Origin: an uncultured Planctomycetaceae bacterium
GTDB lineage: Bacteria > Planctomycetota > Phycisphaerae > SM23-33
DNA length: 61,029 bases
NCBI GenBank assembly: GCA_964625865.1
Contig: CAZVEV010000002.1
Span: 1-61,029, forward strand
Direction of reading: 5' to 3'
The notes below the pieces were generated by a model. That model saw nothing but the letters and a program-made list of their open reading frames with translations, did not search any database and was not told where the DNA came from. Numbering within the stretch: position 1 is the stretch's first letter; every line of letters starts with the position of its first letter. The translations under genes were made by a program, and so were the position numbers. Shown piece by piece: positions 46,572 to 55,914 of the stretch.

Positions 46572-47021
46572 CTACCGCCCGGTCCGGAGCGTCAACATGC
46601 GATGGGTGGGCGAGGTGATCTCGATACGGATTTCGGCGTGGTCGGGGGGCAGGGCGCTCTCGACGCGGTCGGCCCACTCGATAAGGACCACGCCGGTATC
46701 GAGCATCTCGTCCAGACCCAGGTCGAACAGCTCGGCGTCGGGGTCGACCATGCGGTACAGGTCGAGATGGTACACCGGTACGCGGCAGGGGTACTCGTGA
46801 ACGAGCACGTAGGTAGGGCTCGAGACCAGCTTTGGCTCGGCCAGGCCCATCCCGGCCGCGATGCCGCGAACCAGCGCCGTCTTGCCCGCGCCCAGCCCGC
46901 CGATCAGCGCCACGCAGTCGCCCACGTCGAGGCGTTCGGCCAGCGCCTTGCCCAGCGCGATCGTGCCCCGTGTGCTGCGGGTCTCGAACCGCTCGATGTC
47001 CGTCCGGGCGTCAGGTTTCAT
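46572..47021 (-). CDS. tsaE: tRNA threonylcarbamoyladenosine biosynthesis ATPase TsaE
   Basis: GGLGAGKT P-loop, YHLDLYR motif, 149 aa. Confidence 0.85.
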   Translation of the reverse strand: MKPDARTDIERFETRSTRGTIALGKALAERLDVGDCVALIGGLGAGKTALVRGIAAGMGLAEPKLVSSPTYVLVHEYPCRVPVYHLDLYRMVDPDAELFDLGLDEMLDTGVVLIEWADRVESALPPDHAEIRIEITSPTHRMLTLRTGR

Positions 47022-47928
47022 GTTCCCATCCGTTGGGGGCCAGTTCCTCGTCGCGACCGTCGGGGCCGACGATCCGGACGGTGAGGTCGGCCTGCACCAG
47101 CCCGATCCGCGCGATGGGCACCTCGCAGATCGGCTCGGCGACGATCGCGTCGGCCTGGTCCGGCGGGAGCGTGAACAGCAGTTCGTAGTCCTCGCCGTCG
47201 CCGAGGGCCGCGCCCAGCGGGTCGTCCGCCCGCAGGCCCGTCGCGTCGGTGTGGATCGGTATGCGGTCAGCCTCGATGATTGCCCCCACGCCGGAGGCCT
47301 CGCACAGGCGCCGCAGGTCGACGGCCAGCCCGTCCGATACGTCGATCATCGCGTGGACGTCGCAGCGGTCGGCCAGGGCGTTGGCCTCGGCAATACGCGG
47401 GGTAAACGACAGGTGACGCTCGGTGTGCCACGCCCCCCCGAACCCGCCGGTCACGCAGATCGCGTCACCGACCTGAGCGCCGCTGCGGAGCACAGGACTG
47501 TGTCCGTCTGCGGGGCGGGCCAGCACTGTCACGTTGATCGCCAGCGCCCCGTCCCACGAGGCCACGTCCCCGCCGACCAAAGGACAGCCAAACGCATCGC
47601 CCGCAGCGCGCAGGCCGCGGTAGATCTCCTCGGCCTGGGCCCGGGCAAAGCCGGGCGGCAGGGCCACTGACGCGACGGCCGCCACCGGCACGGCCGCCAT
47701 GGCCGCCACGTCCGACAGGCTGCGAGCCATCGCCTTTCGCCCCGCGGCTCGCGGCCCACAGTCGGCCCAGACGAAATGCGTCCCGTCGAGCACCTGGTCT
47801 ATGGTCACCAGCAGGCCCTGCTGGCCGCAGGCCACGACGGCCATATCGTCCCCGGGCCCGACCGGCACGGCGGCGGGGTCAAAGTCGCTCTGGGAGCGAA
47901 TCCAGTCTATGAAAGGCAGCTCTTTCAA
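47011..47928 (-). CDS. thiL: thiamine-monophosphate kinase
   Basis: AIR-synthase-like fold motifs (GDDMAV, DQVLDGTHF, GGDV). Its 3' end overlaps tsaE by 11 nt. Confidence 0.85.
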   Translation of the reverse strand: MKELPFIDWIRSQSDFDPAAVPVGPGDDMAVVACGQQGLLVTIDQVLDGTHFVWADCGPRAAGRKAMARSLSDVAAMAAVPVAAVASVALPPGFARAQAEEIYRGLRAAGDAFGCPLVGGDVASWDGALAINVTVLARPADGHSPVLRSGAQVGDAICVTGGFGGAWHTERHLSFTPRIAEANALADRCDVHAMIDVSDGLAVDLRRLCEASGVGAIIEADRIPIHTDATGLRADDPLGAALGDGEDYELLFTLPPDQADAIVAEPICEVPIARIGLVQADLTVRIVGPDGRDEELAPNGWEHET

Positions 47929-47964
47929 TTTTAGATTTTAGATTTACGATTGTAGATTGAACGG
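47928..47964. repeat. family G low-complexity repeat (TAGATT/GATTG units)
   Basis: ATTTTAGATTTTAGATTTACGATTGTAGATTGAACGG between thiL and argH. Confidence 0.55.
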
Positions 47965-47984
47965 CCCGAGGCGGAGGGTCTGCT

Positions 47985-49424
47985 CTAGGCAAGCGTCTTC
48001 TTCCAGAAGGCCAGTTGGGTTCGCAACTGCCTGGCACCGGCGGCGCCTCGGGGGGCGTAGCGTTTGACGACGTTGGCGGCCCCGAGATGCTTGGCGACGT
48101 CGGTGTTGATCTTCTTGCACGCGGCCTGCAGCGTCGCCAGGGGCAGCTCGGCCAGCGCCAGGTCATCTTTCTCGGCCTGGGCGACCAGGCGGGCGACGAT
48201 CTCGTGGGCCTCGCGGAAGGGCACGCCGCGCGAGGTGATGTACTCGGCCAGCGCTGTCGCATCCAGGTAGCCGGCGTCGATCGTGCGGGCGATGTTCTCG
48301 GCTCGGAACCTCGTCGTGGCCACCACCCCGACTGCGACGGTCAGCGCCTGGTCCACAGCGTCGACGGTGGCAAACGCGAAGCGCTTGTCGTCCTGCAGGT
48401 CGCGGTTGTACGCCAGGGGCAGGCCCTTGATCAGCGTGAGAATGCCCACGAGATTCGCGATCGCGTTGGCACTCTTGCCCCGGACCAGCTCGAGCGTGTC
48501 GGCGTTCTTCTTCTGCGGCATCATCGAGCTGGACGTGCAGTAGGCGTCGTGCAGTTCGATCATGCCGAACTCGCTTGTCGAGTAGATGATCCAGTCCTCG
48601 GCCCACCGCGACAGGTGCACCGCGATCATGGCGCACGCGAAGCACAGTTCGGCCAGGAAGTCCCGGTCGCTCGTGGCGTCGATGCTGTTTCGGGTGATGA
48701 CGGGGAAGCCCAGCAGTTCGGCCGTCCGCCCGCGGTCCAGCGGCAGGGACGTGCCGGCCACCGCGCCCGAGCCCAGCGGACAGACGTTTACCCGCGCCCG
48801 CGCGTCGGCCAGTCGCCCGACGTCGCGGTGCAGCATCTCGACGTAGGCCAGCACGGCCTGCCCGGCGAGGATCGGCTGGGCACGCTGGAGGTGCGTGTAA
48901 GCGGGCATGACGATCTTCGCGCTGTCGGCCGCCAGGGAAACCAGCCCGCGCTGCAGTTCCCGCACGCGGTCGACAAGATCGTCTATCGCATCGCGGGCCC
49001 ACAGGCGCAGGTCCAGGGCGACCTGGTCGTTGCGGCTGCGCCCGGTGTGCAGCTTGCCCCCCGCGGCGCCTATCCGGTCGATCAGGGCCTTCTCGATGAC
49101 CATGTGGATGTCCTCGAGTTCGATGGGCATATCGAGCACCCCGGCCTCGATGTCCGACGCGATAACCAGCAGGCCGCGACGGATACGCTGCATCTCGCGT
49201 TTGGAGATCAGCCCGACCTCGCTGAGCATCTGCGCGTGGGCGACCGATCCGGCGATGTCGTATCGCCACAACGCCTTGTCGACGTCGAGGCTGGCCAGGA
49301 AGCGCGCGGTGGCCGCGTCGGCTTCGGCGGTCAGTCGTCCGCCCCACGACTTAGCCGGCGCGGCGGCGGTCTTCTTGCGGCGCTTTGACGCGGCAGGCTT
49401 GGATTTCGACGCTTTGCCGGCCAT
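47985..49424 (-). CDS. argH: argininosuccinate lyase with basic N-terminal tail
   Basis: WGGRL, TGRSRNDQ and the fumarate-lyase signature GSSMMPQKKN. No in-frame alternative start lies between the ATG at 49424 and the WGGRL motif. Confidence 0.9.
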   Translation of the reverse strand: MAGKASKSKPAASKRRKKTAAAPAKSWGGRLTAEADAATARFLASLDVDKALWRYDIAGSVAHAQMLSEVGLISKREMQRIRRGLLVIASDIEAGVLDMPIELEDIHMVIEKALIDRIGAAGGKLHTGRSRNDQVALDLRLWARDAIDDLVDRVRELQRGLVSLAADSAKIVMPAYTHLQRAQPILAGQAVLAYVEMLHRDVGRLADARARVNVCPLGSGAVAGTSLPLDRGRTAELLGFPVITRNSIDATSDRDFLAELCFACAMIAVHLSRWAEDWIIYSTSEFGMIELHDAYCTSSSMMPQKKNADTLELVRGKSANAIANLVGILTLIKGLPLAYNRDLQDDKRFAFATVDAVDQALTVAVGVVATTRFRAENIARTIDAGYLDATALAEYITSRGVPFREAHEIVARLVAQAEKDDLALAELPLATLQAACKKINTDVAKHLGAANVVKRYAPRGAAGARQLRTQLAFWKKTLA

Positions 49425-49511
49425 GACATTTTCTCCTTACGCTCGGAAACGTCGTCCGTGGCAGCGGAAGTGATGGTAGACCTGTCTGCCGGGACTGTCA
49501 ACATCATGCCC

Positions 49512-49616
49512 GGCGCCGTGGTTTGACGCAAAGCGGCACCCACGATTCCCGAAAGGAGACAACCTGCCTGTCGGCAGGCAGGCGTGGTTGCCGCATCACG
49601 TCAAACCACGACACCC
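49512..49616. repeat. family D inverted pair
   Basis: GGCGCCGTGGTTTGACGCAAAGCGGCACCCACG (49512-49544) and the reverse-oriented copy at 49583-49616 flank the palindrome CTGCCTGTCGGCAGGCAGG. Confidence 0.65.
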
Positions 49617-49646
49617 CCGCGTCGAAACACGGCGTGCCGAAGTATC

Positions 49647-50210
49647 TCACCTCTCGGGGCGGAGCAGTCGCGCGGTGAAGGTACCTTCGGGGAAGGCCCG
49701 CCCCGGCGAGTACGTGCTGGCGTCCAGGTCGCGGTAGAGATAGACGTGGCCCCTGGCGATGCGGAAGTCGAACTGCAGCGACCGCACCAGGGCCATCAAC
49801 TGGCGGAACTGGGCATCGGTCGGGCGGCGCAGAGAGAAGTCGCCCACGAGGCAGACCGAGATGCTGGTTTCGCTCAGGTCGCTGTTTGGACCGAGAATGT
49901 GCAGGCTGTTGCCCTGCCTGCGCCACAGTCCGGTGGCCTGGACCTCGTAGCCCGTGCCCTCGGCGTCAGGGGCGATGACGAAGTGGCACAATCGGGCGAT
50001 ATCCGGTCCCTCGGCGCCCGTGGCGTGGACGACGACCTCGGTCCACTTGACCAGCGGGGCGTCGGTGTCGCGAACGATCTTCATCGGGTCGACGTCGGAG
50101 GCGGCGATCAGGCTGCGGATCTTGGGAATGATCGGATCGGTTTCGAGGAGCATGAGAACAATAGTCCCCACCGTCAGCGCGGCCAGAAGGACCGCGAGTG
50201 TGTTGATCAT
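49647..50210 (-). CDS. membrane-anchored N-acetylmuramoyl-L-alanine amidase (Amidase_2/PGRP-like)
   Basis: Trimmed to MINTLAVLLAALTVGTIVLMLL (TM anchor). VVHATG, HFVI, SVCLVGDF and PTDAQ motifs. An alternative start exists at 50276. Confidence 0.65.
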   Translation of the reverse strand: MINTLAVLLAALTVGTIVLMLLETDPIIPKIRSLIAASDVDPMKIVRDTDAPLVKWTEVVVHATGAEGPDIARLCHFVIAPDAEGTGYEVQATGLWRRQGNSLHILGPNSDLSETSISVCLVGDFSLRRPTDAQFRQLMALVRSLQFDFRIARGHVYLYRDLDASTYSPGRAFPEGTFTARLLRPER

Positions 50211-50340
50211 CCTTGATCCGGTCACGCCGTGTATCCGTACATGCAAGCCAAGCGGCAACTTCCCTGTCGCCGTCAAGAGGGAAGTATATGTCTGCTATCG
50301 ACACGCCACAAGGAATTGCATAAAGGTTTTGTGAGAAAAC

Positions 50341-50485
50341 CTTGTCGTTCGTTCCACGTTTAACGGGCGAGCTTGCTCGCCGCGTTCCTCGTTCGATCCA
50401 CGCAGCGTGTTCTCTGCCTGTCGACGTCGCAAGCGACGCCGCACGCGGAGCAAGCTCCGCCGCTAAACGTGGAAGGAACGACAGG
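50341..50485. repeat. family A-variant MITE-like element
   Basis: The arm CTTGTCGTTCGTTCCACGTTTAACGG (50341-50366) pairs with GCCGCTAAACGTGGAAGGAACGACAGG (50459-50485). Internal palindromes include GCGAGCTTGCTCGC and GGAGCAAGCTCC. Confidence 0.65.
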
Positions 50486-50488
50486 ATG

Positions 50489-51187
50489 CTACTCCTCCTC
50501 GGGCTCCGCCAGGCCCATCTCGACCAGGGCGCGGCGGGCGGCGGACTGTTCGGCTTCCTTCTTGTTCGTGCCCCACGCGCTGGGGAAATGCTTGTGCCCG
50601 ACGACGACGGCAATCTCGAAACACTTGCTGTGGTCCGGGCCCTTCTCGTCGAGCAACTGGTACTCCGGCGTGGCGCCCCATTTCCGCTGGGCGACCTGCT
50701 GGAGCATGGACTTGAAGTTGGCCTTGTGCTCGTCTTCGATAGCGGCGGCGATCCGGGGGCGGACCATTCTCAGGACGTACTCCTGGGCCGGGGCAAATCC
50801 GCCGTCGCAGAAGATCGCCCCCACGACGGACTCAAAGACCGCCGCCGCCACCGACCGCGGGAGCCCCTGGCCTCCGGGCATGCCCTTGCCCAGCGACAGC
50901 AGATCGCTCAGACCGCTCTCCTCGGAGATTCGGGCGCAGACTTGGCGCGACACGACCAGCGACTTGATCTTCGTCATCTCCCCCTCGAGCAGGTCGGCGT
51001 TGGCCTGGAACAACTCGTTGCAGACCACCATGCCGAGTACCGCATCGCCCAGGAACTCCAGCCGCTCGTTGCTGTCGAGCCTGTTGGCCGCCGTCGACGC
51101 GTGCCTCAGCGCCTGGGCGAGCAGCCGCCGATCACTAAACTCGTACTGGAGCACGTCCTGACACTTGTCCAAAGCGGCCTCGTCCAC
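50489..51187 (-). CDS. rnc: ribonuclease III
   Basis: ORF 50489..51751 trimmed to the GTG at 51187, preceded by AAGGA. ERLEFLGDAVL signature and a C-terminal dsRBD. Confidence 0.85.
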   Translation of the reverse strand: MDEAALDKCQDVLQYEFSDRRLLAQALRHASTAANRLDSNERLEFLGDAVLGMVVCNELFQANADLLEGEMTKIKSLVVSRQVCARISEESGLSDLLSLGKGMPGGQGLPRSVAAAVFESVVGAIFCDGGFAPAQEYVLRMVRPRIAAAIEDEHKANFKSMLQQVAQRKWGATPEYQLLDEKGPDHSKCFEIAVVVGHKHFPSAWGTNKKEAEQSAARRALVEMGLAEPEEE

Positions 51188-51214
51188 GAGTCGTTCCTTC
51201 GCACTACCGATATC

Positions 51215-51260
51215 GATTTCCGATTGCAGATTGTAGATTCGGAATCGCAAATCTACAATG
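51215..51260. repeat. family G low-complexity repeat with internal palindrome
   Basis: GATTTCCGATTGCAGATTGTAGATTCGGAATCGCAAATCTACAATG in the rnc/def divergent region. ATTGTAGATT pairs with AATCTACAAT. Confidence 0.55.
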
Positions 51261-51307
51261 AAAAGGCAGGGAATGGTTCTTCTAGACGGAGAATTGACGG
51301 TCGCATT

Positions 51308-51850
51308 ATGGATGCTGACGAGAGAATCAGGCAGGCGGACCTGGCGGGACTGGAGATCATCCACTACCCCGATCCGAGACTGACCACCGTGGCGGCGCCG
51401 CTGGGTGAGGTCAACGGGACAGTTACGGCCCTGGTCGACCGCATGTTCGAACTGATGTTCGAGGGCAACGGCGTGGGGCTGGCCGCTCCGCAGGTGGGCC
51501 TGGCGGTCCGGCTGTTTGTTACCTCGCCCACGTTCGATCCCGCCGACCGGCGCGTCTACATCAACCCGCAGATCATCTCGGCCGAAGGCGCGGTCGAGAG
51601 CGAAGAGGGGTGCTTGTCCGTTCCGGGAATCAACTGCAAGATCAAGCGGTCTGCCGTCGTCACCGTGCGGGCGCTGGGCCTGGACGGAGAGACGTTCGAG
51701 GAAACGGCTGACGACCTGGCCGCCCGGGTGATCCAGCACGAAAACGACCATCTCGACGGACTGACCATCGTCAGCCGTATGGGCACGGTAGCCCGAATGA
51801 CCAACCGCCGTCAGTTGAAGGAACTCGAGACCGAGTTCAAGGAACGGTAA
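51308..51850 (+). CDS. def: peptide deformylase
   Basis: ORF 50342..51850 trimmed to the ATG at 51308. GVGLAAPQ, EGCLSVPG and HENDHLDG motifs. Confidence 0.9.
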   Translation: MDADERIRQADLAGLEIIHYPDPRLTTVAAPLGEVNGTVTALVDRMFELMFEGNGVGLAAPQVGLAVRLFVTSPTFDPADRRVYINPQIISAEGAVESEEGCLSVPGINCKIKRSAVVTVRALGLDGETFEETADDLAARVIQHENDHLDGLTIVSRMGTVARMTNRRQLKELETEFKER

Positions 51851-51907
51851 CCCGTCGCACGGGCATCGGGGCGACGGGACAGGTGTTTGAATTCAGGGAG
51901 AACTGCG

Positions 51908-53644
51908 ATGAAGCTCGCCGCCGGCACGGTCCTTGTTCTGGCTGTCCTCTACACGCCCGCCCTGTCGGCCGCGCAGGACACCGACGGGGAGAACTTCCCG
52001 CGGATGGAGAAGTACCTCCGCGCGGGCAAGATTCGCGAATACGTCGCGGACGCCACCGCCTTCGTCCAGGCCAATCCCAAGAGTCCCTATGCTCCCCGCG
52101 TGGTGTTCGATCTGCACATACTGGCGGGCCTCCAGGGCGATGCCGACAAGGTCAACGCCACCCGGATCGCCCTCGTGCTGCACTATTCGGACAGTGCGTA
52201 CGGCCTGCACCTTTTCAAGGCCTTCAAAGACGCCGAGGCCTACCGCAAGTTCCTCCTCGGCGCGCTGGATGCGTGGCTCGACGACATGAATGACACGAAG
52301 GCTCGGAGCCTCGCACGCGGGATCCGGCGCGGCGCGGGGCGGTTCAAGGACGACTTCCTCAAGGACAACACGTTTCTGCTCAAGTGCATCCTGCTGGCCC
52401 GGCAGGTCGGCGATGCGGAGATGGAACAGGCCCTCGCCCGGAGGCTTCGCGCCGTCCTGAAGGCCGACACCGAAGGCAAGCAGGCCAAACTGGCCAAGGT
52501 CGTCGCGGTGTGCCTCGCCCCGGACGCCGCTGCCGCCGACCGGGTGGCCCGGCTCGATGCGATGACCGACAACGGCCACGCCCATGCGTTCAAGCGGTAC
52601 TTCCTCTCACGCCTGAGCCCCGCCGAACAACGCATGCCGACCATGATCCGAATAGCCGCCTGCTCCGACTGGGCCGCCGGGCGATTCGACAAGGCCCTGG
52701 CGAAGATCGCGTCCCTGCCCGAAAAGCACGTCGACGTGCAGGTGCTGTTCTGGAAGGCTTCGTGCCTCTTCGCCGAAGGCAGGCGTGCCGAAGCGCGACA
52801 GGCGTTGGCTGACGTATCCAAGTACCCTGTCGGCCCATGGCGCACCACAGCCGAGCAGTATGCCGCCTGCCTCAAGACCTACGACGAGAACCTGCAGGCG
52901 AACGTAACGACGATCCTGGCCGTCCTGGCCCGGTTTCGCGAGAAGACCGAGGTCCTTGAATGCGAGGCCGAAGTGCTGGACGAGGATTCGGCGCCGCTGT
53001 TCCGCGCATACATCGCCGCCGTGCCGGCGGATAACGTCCTCGAGATCATGCTCCTGAAGAAGGGCAAGCTGATCGTCGCTTACAGAACGGACGCCAAGGG
53101 TACGCGCCTCTACGCCGGCAGCAGCGAGAGCATCCTCCTGTTCCCGGGCACGGCCGTCGTGCCGACGTTCCAGTCCAGCCTGACTCGCGGCGATGACGGG
53201 AAGTTCCACTTCACGATGGGCATGGGATTGTCCGGTTCGCTGCAGCAGTCCGCCAAGGCCAGCGAGGGGCTCTGGAACTCCCCGTTCCTTACCACCCGAA
53301 CGGGGCTGCTGGCCTTCCTGGGCTACGCAGCCAAGCGACACGGTTCGATGCCCATCTCGGTGACCAAGGCCGACGGCGGGACGATCCTGACGTGGGGATC
53401 GTTCGACAAGGAGATCTCTCGGATTCACTTCCACGTCAATGCCGACAATGTCCTGACCGACATCCGCGCCGAGGGTTTCCGCATCAGCAAGCTTCGCTAC
53501 GGCGCCAGGTCGGCAATCAAACTGGCCGGTCCGAAATGGCCCGACCTGAAGGTCCGTCGCGCCGGCAAGGACGAGATCCCGCTGGCCGTCTTCGGGCAGA
53601 TGTTCGGCCAACTCATGCAGGCCTTCGCCGAACTGAACGACTAG
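51908..53644 (+). CDS. hypothetical secreted protein (helical N-terminal half, beta-rich C-terminal half)
   Basis: Trimmed to MKLAAGTVLVLAVLYTPALSAAQD (signal peptide). No catalytic motif recognised. Confidence 0.6.
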   Translation: MKLAAGTVLVLAVLYTPALSAAQDTDGENFPRMEKYLRAGKIREYVADATAFVQANPKSPYAPRVVFDLHILAGLQGDADKVNATRIALVLHYSDSAYGLHLFKAFKDAEAYRKFLLGALDAWLDDMNDTKARSLARGIRRGAGRFKDDFLKDNTFLLKCILLARQVGDAEMEQALARRLRAVLKADTEGKQAKLAKVVAVCLAPDAAAADRVARLDAMTDNGHAHAFKRYFLSRLSPAEQRMPTMIRIAACSDWAAGRFDKALAKIASLPEKHVDVQVLFWKASCLFAEGRRAEARQALADVSKYPVGPWRTTAEQYAACLKTYDENLQANVTTILAVLARFREKTEVLECEAEVLDEDSAPLFRAYIAAVPADNVLEIMLLKKGKLIVAYRTDAKGTRLYAGSSESILLFPGTAVVPTFQSSLTRGDDGKFHFTMGMGLSGSLQQSAKASEGLWNSPFLTTRTGLLAFLGYAAKRHGSMPISVTKADGGTILTWGSFDKEISRIHFHVNADNVLTDIRAEGFRISKLRYGARSAIKLAGPKWPDLKVRRAGKDEIPLAVFGQMFGQLMQAFAELND

Positions 53645-53645
53645 C

Positions 53646-53673
53646 GGGTGCCGTAGCTTGACGCGAAGCGGCC
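53646..53673 (+). repeat. family D repeat (3' part diverged)
   Basis: GGGTGCCGTAGCTTGACGCGAAGCGGCC starts 2 nt after the stop codon. Confidence 0.55.
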
Positions 53674-53759
53674 TGAGGCGTTATCTCGCGGCCGACACCC
53701 TTGAGGGTGTTTGGGCGCATTGAGGGCGGCCAGGGGTCTCCAAACGCGTCAGGTTAGCG

Positions 53760-53833
53760 GTAGGGCGTGCAACGTGTCTGCACGCGGAATGGACACGCCG
53801 CTCGTCCCGCGTGCAACGAGTTGCACGCCCTAC
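53760..53833. repeat. family C 74-nt structured palindromic element
   Basis: It has the same outer and inner stems as 33539-33612. Only the central loop differs. Confidence 0.75.
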
Positions 53834-53841
53834 GTCCGCGT

Positions 53842-55422
53842 CTACTTCTGCAACGGCTTGGGAAGGTCGCCGCCGGTCATGTAGCGCCCGGCGCTCAGCC
53901 TGTCGCCCAGTTCGACGGCCCAGTAGTGCGTGCCGAATTTCAGCAGAAGCCTGCCCGTGCTGAAGACCGTGGGCTTCTTCGGATGGCGCATTCGGCGATT
54001 ATCGACCATCACGATCACGCCGCCGGCGAGGCGGTCGCCCGAGCGATACGCCTTCATGGCCTTGGTGCGTTCGTCGCGAATGGTGACGGTGGACTTCCCG
54101 CCGAACTGCATCGCCGAGACCAGACTCAACTGCTCGCCCCCGACGGGCTTGGGCTTGGGCTTGGGTTTCGGTTTCGGCTTGGGTTTGGGCTTCGGCGCAG
54201 TCGGGGCGACCGCCTGGAATACGTTCCGTTTGACGACGGGGTCGTAGGTCTTTCGCTCGGGGGCATCGAGTTTCGCCCCCGGCATTCTGGCGTCGGGGGC
54301 CGGGAAGGGCAGGGCCTCGGCCGCGTCATGGTCGAGCGCGAGCGTTTCGTATCTCAGCGAGACGCCCACGCTGTTGTCGGCCTGGTCGGCACGGAGGGAG
54401 AGGGCGGCCATCCGCTGCAGATACGGCGCGCGAGACACCAGGAACAGCAGGTCGACCACGTCCGACAGCTTGCCCCGCGCGCGGAGCGTCCAGCCGACGA
54501 CGCGATAGGCCCCGCGCTGCTGCGCCCCGTCCAGCGGCTTGAGCTGAAACTCGCTCTGCGTGTTGACGCCGCTGCGGCGGGCGGCGTCGGTCAGGTGGGC
54601 CTGGGCCTTGCTCGAGACGTCGGACGCCTCGGCGGCGAATGTTACCGCAGCCAGGGCGCCAAGGCGCGTCTTGAGGGTTTCCCCCTCGGCGGCCTGGTCC
54701 CTCAGGCCCTGAACGTCTTTCCGCAGGCCCTCGGCTTGGTGACGCAGGGCCGCGATCTGTTCGGGAATGGGCGCCAGCGCGGTCTTCGGCGGTGGTGCAG
54801 CCCCGGGCCGACTTGTCGTCTTGACCGCCGGTGCAGGCGCAAGTGGGGCGTCGTCCCGCCTGGCTGCCGCGGCCGGCGGGGTGGTGATGTCCAACGATGC
54901 CGCATGGGCGTACTTCACCGCCAGCGCGTCGCTCATCGAACGGATCGGACCGGGTCTGACCGTGTAGCCGGCGCCGGCCAGGCCCGTCGAGAACTGCTCG
55001 ATCACGTCGGTTGACCGTGAGCGAAGAGACAGGCGTATCGTATCGGCGCCGGAGGTGGTCAGAGAAACGAGGAAGGCGTCGGCGGCGGGGGGAAACGCGG
55101 CGCTGAGCTTGGCCAGGTGATCCAGCCAGTCCGTGCCTCCGGCGGCCCAGGCCTCGATGGCCCCGACGCGGCTGCGCATCGCACCGATACGCTTCACGTC
55201 GGCCTCGAGCGCCTCGCGAGTGGCAAGGAGGTCTTTGACCGTCTGGGTGGCCTCGGCGAGTTTGCGTCGGGCCAGTTCCTTCGCGGCGGCCTCAGCCCGG
55301 CGAGCCTCGGCCAGACGCGCTGCCTCGGCCTCGCTCGGCCCCGTGTCCTCGGGTGCGCCGTCGGAACAACCGACAAGCGCGATCCCCAGAAGCGTCATCG
55401 CAAGGAGCCATTTTGTTCTCAT
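53842..55422 (-). CDS. lipoprotein with PilN-like, PilO/GspM-like and PilP-like regions joined by a (KP)9 linker
   Basis: Trimmed to MRTKWLLAMTLLGIALVGC, preceded by AGGAG. It has coiled-coil stretches, two alpha/beta modules and KPKPKPKPKPKPKPKPKP. The C-terminal beta domain is SLVSAMQFGGKSTVTIRDERT...GDRLAGGVIVMVD. The domain calls are inference. Confidence 0.6.
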   Translation of the reverse strand: MRTKWLLAMTLLGIALVGCSDGAPEDTGPSEAEAARLAEARRAEAAAKELARRKLAEATQTVKDLLATREALEADVKRIGAMRSRVGAIEAWAAGGTDWLDHLAKLSAAFPPAADAFLVSLTTSGADTIRLSLRSRSTDVIEQFSTGLAGAGYTVRPGPIRSMSDALAVKYAHAASLDITTPPAAAARRDDAPLAPAPAVKTTSRPGAAPPPKTALAPIPEQIAALRHQAEGLRKDVQGLRDQAAEGETLKTRLGALAAVTFAAEASDVSSKAQAHLTDAARRSGVNTQSEFQLKPLDGAQQRGAYRVVGWTLRARGKLSDVVDLLFLVSRAPYLQRMAALSLRADQADNSVGVSLRYETLALDHDAAEALPFPAPDARMPGAKLDAPERKTYDPVVKRNVFQAVAPTAPKPKPKPKPKPKPKPKPVGGEQLSLVSAMQFGGKSTVTIRDERTKAMKAYRSGDRLAGGVIVMVDNRRMRHPKKPTVFSTGRLLLKFGTHYWAVELGDRLSAGRYMTGGDLPKPLQK

Positions 55423-55469
55423 GAGAATCTCCTGCAGCGGGCGCAAGGACATCACGTGGCGACCGCAAA

Positions 55470-55512
55470 GCCGCGCCGATACCTCATTCGTCGGACATTG
55501 CGTGTCAATCGC
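55470..55512 (-). promoter_or_regulatory. possible promoter of the PilNOP-like gene
   Basis: The minus strand reads TTGACA-N16-TGAGGT about 50-90 nt upstream of the ATG at 55422. Confidence 0.25.
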
Positions 55513-55534
55513 TTAACTGTATGCATCCCGTGAC

Positions 55535-55568
55535 GCGTGCCGTGGCTTGACGCGAAGCGGCAACCACG
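55535..55568 (+). repeat. family D repeat
   Basis: GCGTGCCGTGGCTTGACGCGAAGCGGCAACCACG. Confidence 0.7.
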
Positions 55569-55854
55569 TGGAGGCGCGATAGTGTGCGACCCTCTTGGGC
55601 CTGTTGCCCAAAGCCTTTCCTGGGCGACCATGGTATAACCCGGGCAATGGGATGAAGAGGCATTTGCTCAGCGTGACCGGGGCAGGTTGGACGCGGCGTC
55701 AGACGAGATGTGGCGGCAGTTGCAGGGAATTCTCAAGCCGGAAGACGGCTCCTGACGGGCGAGCCGTCGTACATGCCCTTCCCTCTCGTTCGGTAGCCAT
55801 GCCGATTCAACCCGAGAACACGCCCCCTACGGACCCGCAGTCGAGCCGGTCCAT

Positions 55855-55887
55855 TGAAAAAGCCCCACCGGGCGAACCGGTGGGGCT
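55855..55887 (-). terminator. rho-independent terminator of the PEP-CTERM gene 55915-56658
   Basis: The minus strand reads AGCCCCACCGG-TTCGC-CCGGTGGGGCT followed by TTTTTC, 28 nt after the stop. Confidence 0.75.
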
Positions 55888-55914
55888 TGGTGTGTCTGAA
55901 GATCGTGGATCGAG

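Noticed and set aside
50342-51850. The two mutually overlapping ~1.3-1.5 kb ORFs (50342-51850 + and 50489-51751 -) could be full-length genes.
   Set aside because: Only the C-terminal 180 aa of the plus ORF (def motifs) and the C-terminal 232 aa of the minus ORF (RNase III signature) look like proteins. With sensible starts (ATG 51308, GTG 51187 with an RBS) the genes are divergent and do not overlap.
54125-54185. GGCTTGGG/GGTTTCGG periodic DNA could be an independent microsatellite or a regulatory repeat.
   Set aside because: It lies in frame within the 53842-55422 CDS and encodes the (KP)9 linker on the minus strand.
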